A stretch of DNA of 44,323 nt, filler included, from Jimgerdemannia flammicorona (Eukaryota), in NCBI GenBank assembly GCA_003990765.1. It is 2 parts of 2 records of this genome, joined end to end, with 100 filler letters (N's around TTAATTAATTAA, not from the genome) between each part and the next. Parts side by side here need not be neighbours in the genome. Positions count along the whole stretch, not along the records: positions 22,219 to 44,323 come from RBNJ01001335.1; 1 more part is not named here. The stretch is one strand, 5' to 3'. The position numbers and the translations under genes are program-made. This document shows, in pieces, positions 35,162 to 44,323 of the stretch. Position 1 is the stretch's first letter. Every line of letters begins with the position of its first letter. The notes beneath the pieces are model-generated. The model was not told the DNA's origin, did no database searches, and worked only from the letters and a program-made list of their open reading frames with translations.

Positions 35162-38100
35162 TAATATCTTTCTCCAGTAATATTCAGATTACACAACCTT
35201 CTGGCAACTCTTATAATATAGTTTTTTTGGAGAAAGGTACTAGTAACATAGTGACTGACAAGTGTTCTGAGATATATACTGGGCAGAGGGACCTAAGTGC
35301 ATTTGACTAGCAATATGTGGGGAGAGGTCCTGACTTGGGGAGAAGTATGAGAGGCTTGCTGGCTAGTAGATAGGGAAGGGGAGGGAGTAATGTTAAAGGG
35401 CAGAAGAGTGAGAGAGCAAGCTTTGCAGATACAGTGAAGGAGAGATAGACAGCAACTGAACTGGAGGGCTGGTTGAGGAAGAGTAAGGAGATGGTGAAGA
35501 ATGCAGAGCAGCAGCAGCCAGGGGGAGCCTCACTGAGGGACTAGAGTAGGAGGGCTGGTAGTGTAGTAGCTGAGGGGGTGACTACTGATAGGAGTGTGAT
35601 AGAAGATCTGGAAAAAAATCTAGATGGAACTACTGATGGTAGACTGAGTAGTGGGAATAGTATGAGGCCTAGTGATCTGGCAGATGGTATAATAGGACTG
35701 GTGGTGGCACTGTTACTCAAGAAGTCAATCTTGGAGTTTACAGTCACTCTGTACTTTTGAGGCCTAGTGGTGATGGCAAAAATAGTCCTAGAGCTGATTG
35801 TAAAGTAGATGATTAGAGTAGTATCAGTGAAGTTCCTAAAGGGCTTGGAAGGGATGGAGGTGGGCTTTGAGGAGACTGAGCTATTGGAAGCTATGCTGAA
35901 GGCTAGATTGATTGCTGGAGAGGTGTGTGTTCTGATGGTACAGTTCTTGAGGTGGGACCCCAGGGTGGTGTAACTTCTGATAAAAGAAGTGCTCACAGTA
36001 ACTGCTATAGAGACTAGAAGAAGAGTGGAGGAGATTATAGCTGAGTATAGAGAGGTGGTTGATAATGATGAGAGTGAAGAGAAGTAAGGAGGAGGAAGAA
36101 GACTTAGTAGAGACACTGAAAAAGTTGAGCAGTACAGTAGAGCAGAGGGCAAAGACTTGAAAGATATTTGTGGAGTCAATGCATCTGAAAATTGTTGATG
36201 AGAAGCAGGTCCACATCAATAAGAGGCTGTGGAAGAGATTCCAAGGGCATAGGAGGTAGAGAGAGTTGCTGGAGAAAATTGAGAATGAGGCAAAGAGGAA
36301 TACTAGTAGTAGTGATGATACTAGTAGAGCCAAGGTGAGTGTCTGGGCCAGCAGAAGTGGAGGGAATGAGAAGGTGGGTCAGGAGGAGGCCAAAAAGGTA
36401 CCAAGCAAGGATCTGTATAAGGATAGTACTTTTGAAGTATGGGAGAATATATCTCTCCCTCTTATCAGGTGAAGACCAGCTGTAAGAGACCAGGCAGCCA
36501 ATGCATAGTGCCCAGCAGGTGCACTTTAGAGTTCCTGATATAGTAAAGGGGAGACTGGTGGTGGCAGCCAGTAAAGAGGAATTGGTAGATGTTCTAGAGG
36601 AGGAGTGAGATGAGTCTGCAAGTACAGGAGTCAATACCATAATGTTGGATGGAAGAAGGCCAATGACTCTAAGAGAGAAGGAGGTGAGAAACCTACTTTA
36701 GGTATGCTGGATGATTAATAACTTGACAGCTGAAGAGTTGGAGAAAGTGAACCTTAGAGTGATAAGTAATGAATATTGGACATAAATCCTACAGAGTAAT
36801 GGAGTGGTAGCAGCATTGAAGGTGGAAATACTTACAGTATACTTAGAGAAGAAAGAGTATGAGGTGGATAAGAAGAGAAAGACTGTGCTGACTGTGGTTG
36901 CTGGGGAATGGGCCAACTACTGTTGGACTAAGTAGCATGGATTATAGCTCTGACAGGAGACCTGCCTGGAGTATCATGAAGAATTTGAGAAAAAGGAGAA
37001 TGGGGAGATAGCTGAGTTACTGGTTGAATTAGAGGGTAAGAGAGCTGAAGAGGAGGAGGTGTCTGCTGAATATAGTCTGGCATTGAATATAGAGCAGTAG
37101 AGGATATACTTGATATCACACAATCTTCCTTATGAATAGTACAACCAACATTTTTTTCTTGAACATGAATGGGCTACAGGATTTCTCTTGGTATAGGAAT
37201 ATTTTTACTTAGCTGAAGGGATTGGAGGCCAATCTCTTTTTTTTGCAGAATGTCAGATGTGAGGATAATTTGAATAGACTAGAATGGATGAAGAAATAGA
37301 GAGGCAAGACAGTTTGGAAGGGCAAGGTTGGGATTCTGGTTCAGAAAGACAGAGGGGAGCTATGCGATATAAGAAGTTGGGGAGACAGGTTAGTTTAGAG
37401 AGAGTGAATATGACCAGATTGAAAGCTAGTTACAGTGGATTCCTACTACTGCCCTGCTGTATAGAGAGAGTGTATAGATTGGGTGAAGGGCCTCCAGGAG
37501 AGTAGAACTCTGGCAGAGGCTGGAGTGGATATGCTTGGTGAAGACTTTAATATAGTCAGAGATGTGCTAGTAGATAGAACTGATGGTGGGTGAGGGGCTG
37601 AGGGTAGGAGTGGTGGGCTGGAGGTAGAAAGGATGAGTGCTTTGGTGGATGCTGGCAGAGGGTTTTGGGGGGATAGAAGAGTGTACATATGTATACTGGA
37701 CAGGTGGCCTGGGGACAAGAATTGACTGGATTCTGATAGTAAACTGCTGAGATTTGGATGTTTGGAAGTTGCTAGAGGCAAAGTGATATCTGTGGTCAGA
37801 TCATTAGAGACTGGTAGGGCAGGGGCACTTTGGGGGAAGTAAGGATGGACCTGGACATTGGCACCTCAATTCCTCCTTATTAGATGACAAGGCACTGTAG
37901 GACAAGTGGGCTGAAGATATTCAGCAGAAGGTAGAGGGCTGGATACAGAAAGATACTTCAATTAGTATCTAGTGGATGAGAATGAAGGAGGCTGCTAGAG
38001 CCTACTGGAGTGAGGCTGGCAAGGTAGCCAGAAGAAAGAGAAGGAGAAGGGTGAGATGGGCTTCTGCTAGACTTACTAGACTTCTGAAAGATTGGGCAGA

Positions 38101-40732
38101 TTTGGTGGTACAGGAGAGAGAGGAGGACTGGCATACAATGCAGATAAGAATGGAGATGGGGGAACTTCAACAGGTATTGCAGAATGAGAAAGAGGTATAG
38201 GTGCAGAGTTTGGCAGCATGGTTACATTGACAGAAGATGGAGAAAGAGAAAAGGCCTTCTAAGTTTCTCACAAGGGCCCTTTAGGTGAAGAGAGTTAAGC
38301 AGAGGTGGGAGGGGGTATTGAACTCTGATGGTCTGCTGGTATATGGTATATATGATATTCTCAGATTGTTAAAGAAGAGATAGAGTGGGTTATAGAGTGA
38401 GGAGGAGGGTGGGGCAGATGCTACCACTATTGACCTTACTTTAGAGGATTAGCACCCACCATAAGCAGAAGAACTGGGGGAGTTGGTAATACTGGTACAG
38501 AAGGAGGAGATCTGCCAGATTCTTGCTGTGACTGTACTGGACATAGTGCCAGGGGAGAATGAGCTGCCCTGAGACTTCTGGAAGAAGATGGTGAGAGTCT
38601 CTGGAGTATTGGGAGAGCTGAGAGTGCTGTGTGACTTAATACTATAGTCAGAAAGATGGGTGAGAGGGCAGGATCTGAGGTTGGTAATACTGCTTTATAA
38701 GAATAAAAAAAGGAGAGAGGACTGGAAAAACTGGTGACTGATTAAGTAGCTGGATATAGACAGAAAGTTGGTTACTAAGGTGGTAGTAGTAAGGCTGCAG
38801 AAGGTAGCCTAGTAAGTCTTAGATGTGGAGCAGTAGGGCTTTGTAGGAGACCAGTTCATTAGGAATAACATGGCTTGGATGTATAAAGTTACCAAAAGAG
38901 TATGAGCCTGTGGACTAAATGGGCACCTGGTCTTCCTGGATCAGGAGAAGACATATAATAGAGTTTGACAGATCTGGTTGGTAAAGATATTGAATAAGAT
39001 TGGTGTACCATATCAGTTCTGATCAGTAATGGTCAGTCTACTGAAAGAGAGTAGGGCTGTACTCATATGTAATAGATATAGAGGGGTGGCATTTCTCCTG
39101 GGTAGAGACATACTCTAGGGGGATCCACTGTCCCCCATTCTGTATGCTCTTTCATTAGAGCCTTTGATGGATAGGATCAGGTAGAGGATAGTCAGGCTAT
39201 TAGTTTTTGGAATTGGGTAGAAAGTTGGAGCCTTTGCAGATAATATAGTAGTTGGTCTGGGATCAATTGCTGATGTTGAGGAGCTCAAAGAGACAGTAGA
39301 GTAGTATGAGGTGCACTCTGAGACTAAGCTTAATTGGCATAAGTATGAAATGATGGTATTAGGCAATGACTTGGTAGGAGGGAATATCATTGGAACAATT
39401 GTCTCTGTTGGAGAGGCAGTGCAGTACTTGGGCATCTATCTGTCAATATATAGATCAGTCCTACCAAGACCCTAGTGGAAGCAGAGGGTTGTGATCTGGA
39501 GGGAGGCCCTGCAGAGTTAGAGAGGACACTGCTTGTCTCTGACAGAACATGTTTCGATTCTGAATATCTATTGGCTACTAAAGCTATAGTATTTGGCTTA
39601 TCACCTAGACTTCTCAGCCTGGGTGGTAAAGAGACTGATGAAACTAACCAAGAGCTAGATCTGGGCTAGGAGAAAGAGTCAGATTAGCTGGGAGATCTTG
39701 TCCTTACCAGTGGTTAGAGGGGGCCTTGGGCTGGTTGACTTTCTGAAGAGACTGTACTGTCTGAGAGCATGGTGGCTAAAGAGAGTGGTGGAGTTGAAAG
39801 GGAGTAGCTGGGTTCCCCTAATACAGAAGGTCTGGGAGATGAGGTCCTTATCAAGAGGCTCTACAGGAGATCTACTGGCCTTGGTTGGACTTTAGAACAA
39901 TAGATATATATAGTATAAAGACTTCTAGTGGGGAGTAGTAGATGGGGTACATTGTATTGGAATTTGCTGGTGAGAAATGAAGGGGAGGAGTCCTGGGACC
40001 CAGCAATGTAAAGATGGGACAAGGTGCTATTGAGAGGCATTCTCCTTATTGATTTTGATATTAATGATGAGATTGAGTATCAGAGGGGGTCAGGACAGAA
40101 TCTATGGCCCAATGGATGGCAGCTGATAGATATTGAAGAGAAGTGAGACTGAAATGGAGTTTGGACCTAGAGTGCTGAGATAAGGTAGTAGATACTACCA
40201 AAGTACTGAGTAGTTTGATAGCACATACTGTAAAGGAATGTTATACTCAACTTCTACTTGGGTCACCTTATTGAGAGAGATAGATTTGACTGTGAGGAGT
40301 ACCACAATGTAGGACAAGAAGGGGGATTTGTACAGACACCAGAACATTGGTTAGAAGAGTATAAGATTCTTGGTGACTTTTAGTTAGCAGTTAGGGATCA
40401 ACTGGACATTGTATATAGGGGGGATGATATATGAAGTCAGTGGGAGGATTTGAGAGATAGATTGGTGAGAGAGGTAAGTAAGGAGTAACTTACTTTAGGT
40501 TGGATATTGGCAGTTTGGGTGGGGCTGGTGGATCACTGGTTGTTTGTTTTCAAGGAAAAAAGGAGCTTGGATTTGAGGATACAGCTATTGAGATGGCAAG
40601 AGCTAATGGAGAACATTATGACAGAATGGTGACTTGGTTGGGGTTTGCAGGGTGGCTAGAGGCATCACTTGGTGGAGAAAATATGTGAGTAGAGTGGAGG
40701 GAGGGTTGAAGTAGTGGGTGGTAAAGTAGTCT

Positions 40733-40776
<44 letters not shown>

Positions 40777-40996
40777 TTTTTTTTTTTTTTTTTTTTTTTT
40801 TTATAGTCACTTGGACTCTTTCTTTATTACCTCCATCTATCCCATATAAGTACAGTGAACCCACCCCCTCTAGGGGGGTAAAGTGGCCTTTATATGTGAA
40901 GGTATAGAGAAAGGCTTCTCTATAGGGATTGGGTAGTGAGAGGAGATACTGTAATTATATCAATAGACTGGAAATAAATGGCAAAATCTGAGTGAC

Positions 40997-41070
<74 letters not shown>
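35162..41070 (+). mobile_element. Full-length decayed LINE subfamily A (~5.9 kb including a nested 3' fragment)
   Basis: 17-bp TSD AAAGAGAGATTTGATAA at 35145-35161 and 41071-41087. ORF1 remnant at ~35250-37100 and ORF2 from ATG 37132. AATAAA at 40973, then GTGACTATA-poly(A). Confidence 0.95.
40734..40876 (-). mobile_element. Very short antisense LINE 3'-end insertion inside the previous LINE
   Basis: Poly(T) followed by ATAGTCACTTGGACT...TTTATT. Flanked by GGTAAAGTAGTCTT (40720-40733) and GGTAAAGTGGCCTT (40877-40890). Confidence 0.85.
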
Positions 41071-41076
<6 letters not shown>

Positions 41077-41339
41077 AGATTTGATAAAGATAATAGATCT
41101 TAGTAAAGATAAACTATTAATAATAAAAATTTTAATAACAAGAATTTCAGTAATGAAAGAAATCTAAGAATAAATCTCAGTAATGAAATAATATAGGCAA
41201 AGATCAACAAAGAGATTGAATATTGGCAATGAGGATGTTGTGATGGAATCTTGACAGAGCAAAGGAAATATTGTCAGCTGTTGTAAAAAAAAAAATAAAA
41301 AAAATCACTGACTGCTCTTTTCGAAATTGAAATATTATC

Positions 41340-41860
41340 CTCAAGTGGTCACATTGACATTATAAAGTTGCTACTTTAAAAACGGTGCCCTTGCCACGGA
41401 GAATGATCTACTAAGCGCGTGCAATGGTCACATTGAGATGGTGAAGCTGTTCCTTGACATGGGGGCCGACGTGAATGATAGGCATCGTCCGCCATTATAC
41501 GAGGCTGCTCGGCGTGGTCACATTGAGATGGTGAAGTTGCTTCTTGACATGAGTGCCGACGTGAATGACAGGAATTATCCGCCATTATACGCGGCTGCTT
41601 ATCGTGGTCAGATGGAGATAGCAAAACTTCTTGACAAAGGCGCCAAAGTAGATGTCGGCAATTTTTTGCCATTACATTTGGCTGTGACGAGTGGTCATAT
41701 TGAGATTACTAAGCTTCTTAGCAAGGGCTCTGACATAAACTCCAAGGGCTTTGATAGTTACACCTCTGAAATAAACTCCAAGGGCTTTTATTATTAAACG
41801 CCATTAACTTGGGCCAAGAAAAAAGGAAACGCCGAAATGGTGGGCCTATTGAGGGAGTAT
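41340..41860 (+). pseudogene. Ankyrin-repeat protein fragment or exon, probably degenerate
   Basis: PLYEAARRGHIEMVKLLLDMSADVN, PLYAAAYRGQMEIAKLL and PLHLAVTSGHIEITKLLSKGSDIN. 93-bp DNA-level tandem units. Frame disruptions at both ends. Confidence 0.85.
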
Positions 41861-42177
41861 AAGAAATGCGGGCTTCGGAAACTGTCGTAAATGCAATATG
41901 TAAGAAGCTAAGAAAATCAAGCAGCATATTTTATATCCATTTTATTTTTCAGTTAAAATATTGCAAATGCGTAAATAATAGCCATTTCAGTTTATATCAC
42001 AAGTATTTCTATCTTTTGCAAGTCATCACAGTTCTCCGAGATGCTTGCCTTTGTATATACAATTTTTGGGTTGTGCAATGAATACTGCTATATATATGAT
42101 TTAATTCTGCAAAATCAACCATTGGAAGTCTTGTAAATACTCGAGCGTACTCCTATTTGGACGTGCTGGTCACTGAG

Positions 42178-42179
<2 letters not shown>

Positions 42180-42225
<46 letters not shown>
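42180..42225. repeat. Poly(T) tract (46 nt)
   Basis: Directly visible; no attached LINE 3' motif. Confidence 0.9.
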
Positions 42226-42936
42226 CTCGAAAAATACTCAGTAGCAATATGGAGCCATGTGTACTTTACAAATTATGGTGAATATTCAACCTGGACTTTG
42301 ATAAAGAATATTTGTCATGATCTTTGAGATAAATACAGTATATGATGGGGGTATACTCGATGCCTGATATTTTTGATCCCAATTGTCCTATGAATTCTGT
42401 ACTCCAAACCATTCGGACGTGCACAATACAACACTGACAAACTATGAAAAAGCCAACGATCTAACCCCCAGTGTCACCCTACCCGGTCTCGCCCTATCCT
42501 CATCATTCAATAGCGTGATCTTCGTCTCCAACACAACATCCTCATCTTCTCCATAGACATGGAAAAGCGGCCAGAACAACCATTCACCCATCCACCATAA
42601 TAAGAGACCACATATAGTGACCTCGTCGAGCACGTCTTTCCAGTCAAGGACAAAGTCAAGGAAATGAAGTTCTCACTCTTCAACAACATCCCGCTGATCG
42701 GCTGTACTCTGGCGTGTGTTCCTGCCCACGGCGATAACGCCGCACTCAAGACTTTGAGCGCCGACCCCAGTGGCCAGGTTGGGAACTCCTTTGTTGGTTG
42801 TGTGATCTTTGAAGCGGAGTAACCTATGAAGTCATATAAAGGCCTGAGAAATTGTATCTAAACTTGTCCCTTGGGGTTTTTGAATAATGAATAAATCATA
42901 TAGTGATTGTACTGAATCCAAAACGTCGTGTCCGAA

Positions 42937-43400
42937 TTAATTAATAAATTCGAATTCATCCGTTCGCTTGTTTCTCAGGGAGATATTAAAGAACTTCTTG
43001 ATGGTACACTGCTTGATGAAATGATCGAGCGACCAGGTGATCCTATTCTCACAGAATGTCACGTATAACGAGTCCACGGAAATGCGGAAGCCGACAGGTA
43101 GAGAAATAGGAGTGAAGACTCCCGTTGCTGCTTCAGTGCTACGATTGGTGTGAGGACATCGGCAGTGGGGACTCTGGTAACGGCCTGGTCGGGTGCAGAG
43201 ACGACGATATGCAGATGTCCTGGTTGGAGGTTGTGGTGCCATTGAAGGAAGATGTTCCTAGAAAGACTTTGACCACGATTGGTGTCCCAACCACGATTGG
43301 TGCCCCAACCATGCTCAGATTCTTGTGGTGTTCGTAGGTGGTGACGGCGGTGGCGTTCAATGATCGAGTCTTTAACCTCTTACTACAACGACAAATTGCC
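42937..43400 (-). pseudogene. Gene-like remnant with a possible Crinkler (CRN)-type N-terminal boundary motif
   Basis: One frame reads LSRNIFLQWHHNLQPGHLHIVVSAP (HLHIVVSAP at 43217-43191), resembling the CRN HVLVxxP / IHIIV motif. Acceptor-like TTTCAG at ~43400. In-frame stops upstream. Confidence 0.25.
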
Positions 43401-44323
43401 TGAAATTTGATATACAATTTATAATACAAATGTCATCATCCAACACACATGAATGCCAAAATAAAAATAAAATAAAAATAAAAAAGGTTAACCGATGAAG
43501 GCAAGGTACGCATTATCATCGACATATCCTTTAGTAAGTTTATTGGTATGAACAAAATTCATTACTAGTTTTAGGTTCCATTGTCCATATTTCAACAGGC
43601 TAGTCCAATCGATTTTAAAAGGTCCACAATAAACTCTGGAACAACCTTCCTTTTGCTTCTCGAGCGATCAAGTCTTGCCACCCACCTACTCCCTCATCGC
43701 ATCCAGTGCCTCGACCCCACGCCCGTCCTATTGTATCTCCACATCCGCTTTCTCAGCACAGCACCAACTATCTAATGCAATACACGAGCACGTATCTACT
43801 CTTCCGTCTCGTATATACCTTCGCTTCACACTCCACCCGCATCTCCCTTGGAACATCCTCACCCCTTTTGCACCACATCTCGCAGCGTCACGATGAGACC
43901 CGTCTCAGAACCGCGCGTAGCGCTCTACCAGTGGTGAGAACCATGACACTGAGAGGCTTGTGTGCCCAGCGGTGGCGACCATATGGTCTGAAGAGGATAG
44001 CGCCATTCTAGTAGGCGAACAGGAGCTGGTCGAGGGATCATTGGGCAAAAACAACATCCACTTGCGATACCTGCATTCGCAGTCCTGCGTCAAAACCCCA
44101 TGTCCTCCCTAGTCTACCCCCCGTTCGGTCCAGCCCACACAATTCCCATCTTGCACAAATGCATATAGTTCGGAGAGTCTCGTTCTAGGCACACAAAACT
44201 TTTACTTGCCGCATTCAGAGGATTGGAATTTTCGCTGTTGTTGTTAAAGACCTTTGTGAAGCAGATAGCCACCGTTGAAAGGGAAATTGGGACGAAGTTG
44301 AAAATATATTTTTTTTTTTTTTT

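Noticed and set aside
40616..40864. Poly-lysine ORF
   Set aside because: It is the translation of a retrotransposon poly(A) tail.
42180..42225. Poly(T) as another retroposon tail
   Set aside because: No ATAGTCAC/TTTATT motif follows it and no TSD was found.
42440..42822. Small protein genes (plus-strand MKFSLFNN..., minus-strand LLWWMGEWLF...)
   Set aside because: They are short, conflict between strands and match no family I recognise, so they cannot be supported without expression or homology data.

Overview
Eukaryotic (most likely fungal; an early-diverging Mucoromycota-like host is my inference only) heterochromatin-type transposon graveyard. About 1-41.1 kb is nested, decayed mobile DNA. 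It holds at least eight copies or fragments of L1/Tx1-clade LINEs in two subfamilies, two of them full length with poly(A) tails and TSDs. It also holds a DIRS-type retrotransposon (gag; RT-RNaseH-DAM-like MT) interrupted by a solo LTR and a LINE, a Ty3/Gypsy element with gag-CCHC-dUTPase-protease-RT order, a probable MITE, and three copies of an unrecognised ~1.2-kb non-coding poly(A)/TSD retroposon. Differences between copies that I inspected are mostly C>T/G>A transitions, in CpG, CpA and CpC contexts. A synthetic 100-nt contig linker (N44-TTAATTAATTAA-N44) at 22119-22218 means the two halves may not be truly adjacent. After ~41.3 kb the DNA becomes CpG-normal and carries ankyrin-repeat and other gene-like remnants. 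No prokaryotic genes, CRISPR, rRNA or tRNA were seen. The best novelty candidate is the 1.2-kb retroposon, which shares a 5' motif and a 3' hairpin architecture with the local LINEs.
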